A DNA stretch of 63,572 nucleotides, filler included, from Chiloscyllium plagiosum (lineage: Eukaryota): the NCBI RefSeq assembly GCF_004010195.1. It is 3 parts of one record of this genome, joined end to end, with 100 filler letters (N's around TTAATTAATTAA, not from the genome) between each part and the next. Parts side by side here need not be neighbours in the genome. Positions count along the whole stretch, not along the records: positions 1 to 26,662 come from NC_057717.1; positions 26,763 to 46,303 come from NC_057717.1; 1 more part is not named here. One strand, given 5' to 3'. Shown here piece by piece: positions 23,290 to 33,799 of the stretch; positions within the stretch are counted from its first letter, which is position 1, and each line of letters starts with the position of its first letter. The notes beneath the pieces are model-generated. The model was not told the origin of the DNA. It did no database searches and saw only the letters and a program-made list of their open reading frames with translations. A program made the translations under genes and the position numbers.

Positions 23290-24651
23290 GAGACAGAGGC
23301 ATGCAGCATGGAAACGATTCCTTCCATCCAACTAGTCCATGCTGACCACTGTTCATGAACGAATCGCATTTGCATGTGTTTGGTCCATATCCCTTCAAAC
23401 ATTCTCTTCTCCATGTATCTACCCAAATGGCTTTTCCATGTTGCAATTTTACTTTTCTCTACCCCTTCCCCAGACGCTCATTCCATACATGCACCATTCT
23501 CTGTGTGGAAATGTTCTCCTCTGGTCCCTTTTAAGTATTTCCTCTCTCACCTCATATCTCTGCCCGTAGTTATGGATTCCCCTACCTTGTAGTAGAGACC
23601 TTTACTATTCGCATTACGTATACCCCTCATGGTTTTATAAATCTTTATAAGGTCATCCCTCAGCCACCTCCGCCCAAGGGAAATACGAAGGATAATGTTA
23701 CATAAAACTCTGCCATGGTCCCCGCTGCGACTTTGCCACAATGTTCTGGGATACACTTGTTCAGGACCTACGGCTTTCTCTACTTTTGTGTTCTAAGACC
23801 TCCAGCACCACCTCTTCTGTAATGGGGGCTCTTTTCAATATATCATTGTTTCTCTCCCTTTGTTTCCTGGTCTTTGCCCACAGTACGTTCTGATATTAAA
23901 TATTCATTTAGAGTCACGCCCATTTCCTGTGATTCCAAGAATGGATGGCCTTCTTGATCTTTGAGGGGAAATATTGTCTCTCTAGTTGCTTTTTTGTACT
24001 TGTGCGCTGTAGAATCTCTTTGGATTCTCCTTCACCTTATCTGCCACAGCTATCTCATCACCCCGTTTTGCTTTCCAGCTTCTCCAACCTCTCTGCTTCT
24101 GGCAAACCCTCCAGTATCTGGAACATCTTCGTCAATCTTTGCTCCATTTGCAGTTTCGGAAAATGCTTCCTGAAGCAGGAGGATCAGAATTCTACACAGT
24201 ACTCCAACTGGAGACCCAGCAATGTATTGTACAGCCGTATCATGATGTACCAACTCAGGTACTCAATGCTCTGACCCATGAGGGTAAGTCTGCTTCATGT
24301 TGCTTTCCCCACCTTGTACACCTGTGATGTCACTTCCAAGGAACAGTGTAACTGCACCCCTTGTACTCTCTCTGTTAGACAACCCTGCACAGAGCTCTGC
24401 CATTAACTGTGTTATTCCTCCCTGGTTTATCTTAACAAAACTCAACACCTGAATTCAACTCCATCTTTCATTTCTTGACCTACTGGCTCAGTTGGTTAAG
24501 ACCACCTTTGATAACTGTATTCACTGCCCACTATAACACGTATTTTACTATCCACAAACTTACTAACAATAATTCCTGTATTCTCGCTTATGTCAATAAT
24601 GCACATGTGTGGCCCCTGCACAGATCCTTATGGCACACCGCTGGTCAGAGG
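23290..24651 (-). mobile_element. Decayed, internally rearranged CR1 3' half
   Basis: ORF 23547-23756 RRWLRDDLIKIYKTMRGI; PLTSGVP at 24630-24650; CR1 tail at 23300. Confidence 0.85.
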
Positions 24652-25120
24652 NNNNNNNNNNNNNNNNNNNNNNNNNNNNNNNNNNNNNNNNNNNNNNNNN
24701 NNNNNNNNNNNNNNNNNNNNNNNNNNNNNNNNNNNNNNNNNNNNNNNNNNNNNNNNNNNNNNNNNNNNNNNNNNNNNNNNNNNNNNNNNNNNNNNNNNNN
24801 NNNNNNNNNNNNNNNNNNNNNNNNNNNNNNNNNNNNNNNNNNNNNNNNNNNNNNNNNNNNNNNNNNNNNNNNNNNNNNNNNNNNNNNNNNNNNNNNNNNN
24901 NNNNNNNNNNNNNNNNNNNNNNNNNNNNNNNNNNNNNNNNNNNNNNNNNNNNNNNNNNNNNNNNNNNNNNNNNNNNNNNNNNNNNNNNNNNNNNNNNNNN
25001 NNNNNNNNNNNNNNNNNNNNNNNNNNNNNNNNNNNNNNNNNNNNNNNNNNNNNNNNNNNNNNNNNNNNNNNNNNNNNNNNNNNNNNNNNNNNNNNNNNNN
25101 NNNNNNNNNNNNNNNNNNNN
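24652..25120. other. Assembly gap
   Basis: N run. Confidence 1.
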
Positions 25121-25381
25121 GGGCAGAAATATGAGGTGAGAGAGGAAATACTTAAAAGGGACCAGAGGAGAACATTTCCACACAGAGAATGGTGCATGTA
25201 TGGAATGAGCGTCTGGGGAAGGGGTAGAGAAAAGTAAAATTACAACATGGAAAAGCCATTTGGGTAGATACATGGAGAAGAGAATGTTTGAAGGGATATG
25301 GACCAAACACATGCAAATGCGATTCATTCATGAACAGTGGTCAGCATGGACTAGTTGGATGGAAGGAACCGTTTCCATGCT
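25121..25381 (+). repeat. Near-identical inverted copy of 23305-23565 (CR1 3' end)
   Basis: 4 mismatches in 261 bp by manual comparison. Confidence 0.93.
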
Positions 25382-25475
25382 TCCTGAAGAAGGGGTTATG
25401 CCCGAAACGTCGATTCTCCTGTTCCCTGGATGCTGCCTGACCTGCTGCGCTTTTCCAGCAAAACATTTTCAGCAC
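25382..25475 (+). mobile_element. Penelope-like terminus with a minimal hammerhead core
   Basis: CTGAAGA(25384)-AGGGG-TTAT-GCCC-GAAA-C-GTC, followed by the same arm as 9731-9790. Confidence 0.82.
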
Positions 25476-25477
25476 CA

Positions 25478-26662
25478 CTGACATCAAGCTAATTGATGTT
25501 TATGTCCCTGGCTTTCTCTCGCAGCCTTTCTTAAATACTGGCATAACATTAGCCACCCTTCAGGCTCCCAGCTCACCACCCGTGGCTGTCAGTGATAGAA
25601 ATATCTCTGTACGTTTCTTCCCTAACTTACCCCAATGTCCTGGGATGTACTTGATTAGTTCCCAGGGAGTTGTCTAATCTTAATCCATTTTAAAACTTTC
25701 AGCACGTCCTGTTCTCCAATGTGGACTATTTTGAATACATCACTGTTTAATTTCCCTGCTTCCCTAGTGTTTTTTTCCACATTACGTTCTGACTTGAAAT
25801 TTTTGTTTCGGATCTCACCCATTTCCTGTGGGTTCACACACGGATGGCTTCATTGATCTTTAAGGGGTCACATTCTGACCCGAGTTAATCTTCTGTTGTT
25901 AATATACTTGTAGAATCTCTTTGGATTTTCCTGATCCTTATCTGCTAATGCTCTGTCAGTTCCCCTTTAGACCCTCATGGTTTCCCTATTAAGTTTATTA
26001 CTACACCCACAATGTTCTTCAAGGGATTGACTTAATCCAGCTGGCTATATAGGACATGTGCCCACTTTTGTCTTGACCAGAACCTCAATATCCCAAGTCA
26101 TCCAGTGTTTCCCACTTGTGTCAGCATTGTCCTTCACACTAACAGGAATATGCTGCCCCCGAAATAGTAATTTATCTCTTTTTTGAAAGAATCCCACTTG
26201 CCCGACGTCCCTTTAATTTCAAATAGCATCCATGAATCAACTTTTGGACTGTCTTGCCTAATACCTTCTGGTCTGGGGCAAGGCTAGTTTTGATCTTTAA
26301 CTTGTGGACCAGGCCTGTTCTTTTCCATCACTATTTTCAAACTAATAGAATTGTGGTAACTTTGACAAATTGCTCCCCCAAAAACACTTCAGCCCCTTTC
26401 TCTCCCTTGTTTCCCAAAAGGAGGTCAGTTTTCATCCCTTTCTCCAGTCGGAACAGTGACATACTGACTGAGACAGTTTTCTTGAACAAACTGAACAAAT
26501 TCCTCCCATCCAGGTTGTGAACATTATGGCAGTTCCAGTCTAGTTTTAGAAAGTTAAAATCCACGATCCTATCATTCTTACAGATATCTGAGATCTCCGA
26601 TGTATTTGCTTCTCAATTTCCCACTGACTACTGCGGGCCTGCAGTACCGTTATATCAAACTG
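25478..26662 (-). mobile_element. Decayed CR1 ORF2 fragment (EN to start of RT)
   Basis: DFNFLKLDW..DLLLGNKG..FLGEQF in ORF 26337-26564; PQEMGEIRN in ORF 25655-25837. Confidence 0.85.
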
Positions 26663-26762
26663 NNNNNNNNNNNNNNNNNNNNNNNNNNNNNNNNNNNNNN
26701 NNNNNNTTAATTAATTAANNNNNNNNNNNNNNNNNNNNNNNNNNNNNNNNNNNNNNNNNNNN
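26663..26762. other. 100-nt scaffolding gap containing an artificial TTAATTAATTAA linker (26707-26718)
   Basis: 44 N + 12-mer + 44 N; identical layout at 46304-46403. Confidence 0.95.
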
Positions 26763-27300
26763 TGCATATTCCGCCTCTCCATCCTCAAATCCCACCCCCC
26801 AACCGTAACAAGGACAGAACTACCCCCTCTCCCGGTGCTCACCTTCCACCCTCCCAACCTTCGCATAAATCACATCAGATGACAACATTTCCGCCACCTC
26901 CAAACGGACCCCACCACCAGGAACGTTATGTCCCTCCAAACCTATTTCTGCTTTCCTCAAAGAGCGTTCCCTCCGTGACTACAAGGGAGGTGCAGTGGGA
27001 ATGGTCTCTGCAGAATGCAGATACGGGTGGGAAAGGAAAATATCGCTGGTGGTGGGGTCTGACAGCAGTTAGTAGAATTGGCCGAGGTTAATGCGCTGTA
27101 TCTGGCGATTAGTGAGGTGGTTGGTGAGGCCTGGGGTAAGATTCCTATTGTGGTTGAAGTGGTGGGGTAAAGGCGGTCGTGTGGGAATTGGGGGATATGC
27201 GTTGGAGGACATTGTTGATCACGTTAGAGGATAATTGCGATCCTTGAAATCGGAAAACTTTCTGAGATGTTCTGAAGGGGAATTGCTCCTCCTAGGTGAA
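26763..27300. mobile_element. Penelope-like ORF fragments in opposite orientations
   Basis: Plus strand NKDRT..PVLTFHPPNLRINHI..FRHLQTDPTT-like to about 26980, then antisense of the same region. Confidence 0.75.
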
Positions 27301-27399
27301 AATAATGCAGAATCGGATGGATTATGTGTAAAGGGTCACGTTCTTACGGGAGTATACTCTGTGGATCAGGAGAGCAAACAATTGGAAATGAAATCGCTC

Positions 27400-29385
27400 G
27401 AGGAAATGGTTGAAACAGAATCCAAAGAGATAATGCAAATACATCGCAAAGAAAAGAATAACCAGGTAGATAAAAGGACCCCTTAAAGATTAACAAGGAA
27501 CGACAGAAAGTGGTAGAGATATTATGCGAGTATTTCACATATCATTTTTATTACTGGAGAGTTTTTTGGAAGCTAAAGAGTTTGGAGAACTAAATTGTGA
27601 TAACTTGATAAATGTTCATATTGCAGATGAGTTAGTACTAATTGTCTTAAATCGCATCAAAGTGGATAAATCAATGGGACCTAATCAGGTGTATCTCAGA
27701 ATTGTGTGGAAAGCTCGTGAGGTGATTGATGGGCACCTCAATGAGATATTTATATCATCGATAGTCACAGGTGAATTCCTGGAAGACGGTGGGTGCAATG
27801 ATTTTAAGTAAAGTGGTTAGGAAAGGCCGCGGAACAATGGAACTGTGAGCTTGATGCCAACGGCAGGCAAGTTATTGGAAGGGATTCTGAGGAATAGGAT
27901 TAACATGTGATTGCAATTGCATGAAATGATTAGGGATAGTCAACATGGCTTTGTGCATGGGAGATTGTCTCACTAACTTGGTTGTGTCTTTTGAAGAAAT
28001 TACCAAGAAGATTGAAGGCAGACTGTGTAAGTTGTCAATACGTACTTCGGAAAGATATTCAACGAGTTTCCACAAAGTAGACTGGTTAGCAAGGTTAGAT
28101 AACATGTAATGCATTGAGAACTAGCCATTCAGAAAGAAAATTGGCTTGAATGTAGGAGTCCGAGAATGCTGATGGAGGGTTGCTTTATGGACTGGATACC
28201 TGTGAGCAGCAGTGTGTTGCAGGGACAGATACTAGGTCTTTTTATGTAAGTGATTTGAATGTGAATAGGCTGAGAGAAGGGTAGTCATGGCTCTAGAAGT
28301 AAAGGTAGCAATAAAGAGGTGAAAACGAGTGTGCAGATAGAGATTATAGGGAGATTAGGAGATGCGAATGAACAACGCTGAAGTCAGTGTTATGTGACAA
28401 AATATGTGTGTGATGGGGGGATGGGTGAAGCAGAAGCAAAATGGAAAACAGGGGAGAAGGGTAGCAAAGGGGGAAGAGGTGAGGAAAAAGGTGATGAGAG
28501 AGTGGGGAGCGAGGGAAAGAAAGACAATCAAGAAATAAGAGGTACAGAACAGTGAAAAACGTATTTCAAAGGCAAATACAATAAATGAAATAAAATTACG
28601 GAGCAGAATGAAAGCAGAGGGGTCGAGATAGGATAATCATCTGATGGCAGATGGGTTTTGGATGTGAATATATGAGGTATGGTCAATAGGTTTACAAAAT
28701 AGACCGAAATTGGAGGTATAGTGGGAATGCGAGGAGTCGCAGGTAGGCAGGGTAGTGCAGGCAGCGATTGTTACACTTTCTGGTATTGTTCAAAGCATTG
28801 AATTCAGAGGTTGTGATTTCATATATGACATTGATTAAAGCTCATCTGGAATTCTGTTTTCAGTTTCAAACTCCCTGTTCGAGCAATGTTGTAGTGAAAC
28901 TTGAAAGGGGTCAGAAAATATTTTCAAGGACTTTGCTAGAGTTGGACGGTTTGAACTATTGGGAAAGCCTGAATAGTCTTGCTCTATTTTCGCTGGAGAT
29001 TTAATGCCTGAGAGGTGACCTTATTAATATTTATAATCATGAGGGGCATGGATCAGGTGAACAGCCTGTGTCTGTTTCCCATGTTAGGTGGTCAAAACTA
29101 GAAGGCACACGCTTAAGGCGAGAGGGAAAAGATAAAAAGGGATCTAAGGGATAACATTTTCCCATCGAGTGTGTTGCCTGCTTGGAATGAACTGTTTGAG
29201 GAAGGGGTGGAGGCTAGTACAATTGTAATATTTAAAAGCATCTGATTGTGTACATGAAGAGGAACATTTAGAGAGAAATGGGCCAGCCCCTGCTAAATGG
29301 GACTCCATTAGTTTAGGATTTCTAGTTGGCCTGCACGAGTTGGACTGTAGTGTCTATTTCAGTGCTGTACATCTCTATGACATTA
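27400..29385 (+). mobile_element. Decayed CR1 ORF2 and 3' tail, with a purine-rich insert at about 28270-28645
   Basis: IKVDKSMGPNQVYLRIVW; SQHGFVHG-like at 27940; HLEFCFQF in ORF 28768; tail at 29340-29380. Confidence 0.88.
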
Positions 29386-30470
29386 ATAAATTATAATTAA
29401 GATAGGTTTCTCTTTTTTGGACAAGTACTACAACTTTAAATAATTCTCCTTGAGCTGAGAAGATTAAGCAATAATTTTGACAAGGAACAGCTTTTTTTCA
29501 GAGAGATTTACTTGACAGAGAGGCAGAGACAAATTATTAACGTTGTCACAATTTTCAGTAACTACTGTCAGGTAATTGGCAAATAATGCAGGTTGCAAAT
29601 GTGAATATTATTTTAATCAGTAAGTTCTAAGCATCTGGAACTGCCTGAATGGCAGCTGGGCACAGACTCAGCAGTTATTCTCAAATACATTTAGAATTTT
29701 ACTTTTTAAGGAAACATGTTGAGAGCTATGGACAAGTAGGTGTGGGGTTGGCATAGAATGGCAGCATCTCCAGAGGGACAGCCACAATTGGTTCAATAGC
29801 CACCAGCCCCTGTGCTCTGTGATGATGCCCCATTCACTATGATTGCGTATATGAATAGGAAAGGTTTAGAGGGTTATGGGCGAACAGCTTGCAAATGGGG
29901 CTCCGTTGATTTCGTATCCCCAGTTGGCAGGGGCGTTTTGGACAAAAGGGTCTGTTTCTGTGCTGTACATCACTATTATATTAATAAATTAAAATATGAA
30001 TTTATTTTATTGAGAGGTAGCAGAAAATGAGATAATTTCCTTGGAGCTGCAACGTTTAAGCAGTGATTTCAACCAGGAGCAGATGTGTTTCCAGGCTATT
30101 TAATTTACAAAGTCAGAGAGAGAAATCATAACGTTGTCACAATGTTTAGTAACTATTAAACTTGGCAAATCATGCAAGGTTGAAAGGTGAAGATTATTTT
30201 ACTCAGTAAAGTCTGAACATCGGGAACGGTTCTGCATATTCTGATTGTTGTTTATGATTTACAGCATCCACAGTTCATCCACAGATTCAGCAGTCATTCT
30301 CAAACAGATTTGGAATGTCATTTTTAAAGGACAGATTTGGACAGCTAGGAACAAATGGAAGGGGAGATGGGACAGATTTGCAGCACCACCAGAGGGAGAG
30401 AGTATAGCCCCAATGGGCTGAATAGCCGCCAGTCCTGTCATCTGTGATACTGCCCCATTCATTGTGAATG
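29382..30470 (+). repeat. Old tandem duplication (about 600-bp period) of a very decayed CR1-like tail; third copy at 37030-37490
   Basis: ATTAATAAATT at about 29382 and 29980; shared AACGTTGTCACAAT, TCAGTAA and ATTCTCAAA blocks. Confidence 0.8.
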
Positions 30471-30504
30471 ATGAAGCTCATCCCAGATCAGAGAGAGGGA
30501 GTAT

Positions 30505-30700
30505 CCCACCACTCACCTCACAATGGGGTCCGGCTGATTGACGGCAGCGCCAGACCAATAGGAGGTGAGTTGGTGTGGGTAACACGTGACCATGAGCTGT
30601 GCAGGCACAATGTCACTGTGAGGGCGAACTCAGTGAATGTGAAGGGAGTGGGAGAGACAGGAGACACTGTGTAGAAATGGCGTTATTGTTAACTGGGAGG
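30505..30700. promoter_or_regulatory. Promoter-like module 1 (TALE-decamer-like, CCAAT, E-box)
   Basis: TGATTGACGG at 30535, CCAAT at 30555, CACGTG at 30583. Confidence 0.45.
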
Positions 30701-30759
30701 GTTTATAAACACATGGTGCAGGTCACTGGACCTGAATTAGAAACTCCAGGTAAATTAGA

Positions 30760-31775
30760 ACCAAATGAACTGTGGATGCTATAAATCAGAAACAACAATC
30801 AGAAGATACTGGAAAAGGTCAGCAGGTCTGGCAGCATCTGTGAAGAGAAATCAGAGTTAATGTTTCGGATCCAGTGAAACGTCCTCAGAACTGATGGTAT
30901 GAAAATGTCGGTTTCTGTGCAGAAGGTATATTATACACAGCGAGAAGAACATGTGGATCAAGGAGGAGATAAAGATCCGGCTGGGAGGGTCAATAGCTCT
31001 GAATGGAGACGTTTAGTGGCTAACCATAGGTATTGTGTAATGGCGAGTTATGTAATGACAAGGCCTGGTGTGTGAGTTAGGGGCATAAGACATGAGGGAG
31101 TTCAGGCCAGATAACTAGTGAACTCAGTGTTAAGTCCGGAGTGCTGCAGCGTTCCCAAGCGCAAAACGAAGTGTTCTTCCAGCTTATGCTGATCTCTGCT
31201 GGAAGTTTGCAGTACGCCTGAGTCAGATGGTAGCTAGAGAAGAGGGTAGGGTGCTAAAGTGGCAGCAACTAGAAGCTCGGGATTACTTGCAGACAGTATA
31301 CAGATCATCAGACGTCATTACTACCAACACCAAGATTCCGCCATCAAACATTCCCCTCCCATCCCTTGTCCACCTTTTGTAGGGACCGTTCCCTCTCGGA
31401 CACTCTGGTCCACTTCTCATTCACTTCAGACAGGACCCACCGCCAATCCAGCACATTCCCCTATAACCGCCCAAGGTATAACACGTGCCTATTGACTTTC
31501 TTCTTCCTCAGTATCCAAGAGCCACAACACACCTTCTAGTTGTCTTTCTTTTTAGCACACCACTCTGTTCCCTGGCAAACATCTCTGTTTCACGCTTGCT
31601 GCAGCATTCCAGTGAAGCTCAGCACTAGCTGGAAACGCAGCACCTAATATTCTTCTTGGGGACTGTGCAGCCTTACAGACTCAATATCATGTTGAATAAT
31701 ATTAGGCCTTTCTCCTCGCCCCTTACCCAACACACCAGGTCTTGGTATCACATAGCCTGCCATTGCACACTACAT
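30760..31775. mobile_element. Inverted pair of Penelope-like 3' fragments
   Basis: Minus-strand terminus and GIY-YIG C-terminal region to about 31290, then plus-strand copy to about 31775 (CAACACACCAGGTCTTG mirrors CAAGGCCTGGTGTGTG). Confidence 0.75.
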
Positions 31776-31934
31776 ATTGAATATTTGCAGGGTCTAAAAC
31801 CTTTACACCATTTGTCCGTTTGATATTAGATGGATATGCTTGATGTGTATTAGCTACACCTAGGTCACAGGAATGGCTAATGTAGAAAAAAAATCATGCA
31901 ACAAAAAACGTGATTCCTTGAACCGTCCCGGTAA

Positions 31935-32960
31935 ATCAAATTAAACTCCATTTGCCTTTCTTCAGCCCATTCTCCCAATTGATCAAGATCCCTTTCCAAT
32001 CATACATAATCTTTGTTACGATCCACTTTAACATTTTTTCTGTCACGCAAACGAACCATACTTTGTGTATTCTTATCCCCAAATCATCTATATATATATA
32101 TGGCAAATAAAAATGGACACAGCACCAATTGCAGTGAAACACTGCTGGTCACAGGCGTCCAGTCTGAAAAGCAACCCTCCACTATTACTCTGTCTCCTGC
32201 TTTTCAGCTAATTTTCTATCCAGTTGGCAAGCTGCCCCTGAATCGCATGTGATCGAACTTTACAAATTCGTTTCCCATTCAGAACCTTTTCAAAGGCTTT
32301 ACTAAAGTCAAAATAAGCAATGTCTAATGCCCTGCCGTCATTGATTTTCTTGGTGACTAACTTAAAAAACTCAGTTAAGTTTGTGAGACACCCTCTTACA
32401 TAACCATACTGAATATTCATAATCATTCCTTAGCTCTCCAAAAATATGCAAATCCTAATCTTCAGAATCACCTCCGACAGCTTCCATACCTCTGAAGTCA
32501 GGCTCAGAGGTCTACAGTTCCCAGGCTTCCCCTTATATCCTTTTTTTTTTAACAAAGGTGCAACATTAGCCACTCTCCAGTCATCAGGCAGCTCACCCGT
32601 TGTTGTCAGTTGGACAGATATTTCTCAATGGTGCCCCCAATTTCCTCCCACCCAAACTGTTCCCGTACTAACACTTTAGTTCTTTTCCCTGTCTTATGTG
32701 CAAAGTAAATGTCAGGTGTTGCTCGACTTCTGACAGAAATATTGCATCTTGATAAAGAATATTGTCTTGAACTCATTTCACAAACCCTGAACGAAACAAA
32801 CCTTTCACGCTATGGTCGTCTTACTCAATGTTCGAAAAACCTGAATCACCCACTATTACAGCATTATTCTGACTTTATATCCGAGATCTCTCTGTCTATT
32901 TGTTCCATGAGCTCTCTCTAAATATTGCAGCGTCTATAGCGCCATTCAACGAAGGTGATG
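31935..32960 (-). mobile_element. Decayed CR1 RT/EN fragment
   Basis: QYGYVRGCLTNLTEFF..DFSKAFEKV in ORF 32208-32426. Confidence 0.88.
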
Positions 32961-33029
32961 TTTTTATTACTTTGAAAACACAATTTCTTTTGAAAAGGTG
33001 CTCTCACCCACAATTTAAAATAGATCTTT

Positions 33030-33350
33030 TTTGTTTATTCTCTCCGAGAATGTAGGTATTTTCCCAGAAGGCAGTTGAGAGTCAGCAACATTGTGGTGGG
33101 TCTGGAGTCATATGTTGGCTAGACCAGGTGAGGTTGATAGTTTCCTTCCCTAAAGGATATTAGTGAACCAAATGTTTTTTTTTCTTCTCACAATCGACAA
33201 TCGTTTCATGGTCATCATTCGACTTTTCATTCTAGATTTTATTGAATTCAGATGACACCATCAGCCATGTTGGGATTCTAACCCTAATCCTCGGAACATT
33301 ACACATACTACTCGTCTGTCAAGATTACCATTCGGCCATTGCCTCCCTTT
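33030..33350 (-). mobile_element. tRNA-derived SINE with family-B tail
   Basis: tRNA-like head at 33265-33348; body GTGGGTCTGGAGTCA..CCTAAAGGATATTAGTGAACCA. Confidence 0.75.
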
Positions 33351-33799
33351 TTACTCAGGTTCAAAACAAAAAGGTCAGTCATTCTATGTATACAACTTGA
33401 GATTTCGCACTGAAACGTCCATATATCGGCCTCTCCAAAAGGTCATCTCACAGAAGTCTGTATAGGGGGAGAAAATATTTCACGTTTTTGGATTTTTATT
33501 TTATATTTTTGAGTTAAAAGAAACAAAAAATGAATCGAAATAAAAATCTTATATCACAGACATGTAATCCCTGAAACTGGAAGGGAGGGATTACAGAGAT
33601 AGGGAGGGATGTGAGACTGGAGGGACATTACAGAGACAGGGAGTGCTGTGAGGCTAGAGGGGGATCATTGTCCAAATATCGCCGGTGTACATGGACTGCA
33701 GCATTTCAGGAAGGTAGTTTCCACCACCTTTCTCCGAGTTAAATAAAATGGCCAATAAATACTGGCCTATGCAGCAAAGGCAACCCTCAGCGAATAAAA

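Noticed and set aside
26707..26718. TTAATTAATTAA palindrome, repeated at 46348-46359
   Set aside because: Centred in exactly 100-nt gaps; a synthetic six-frame-stop scaffolding linker, not biology.
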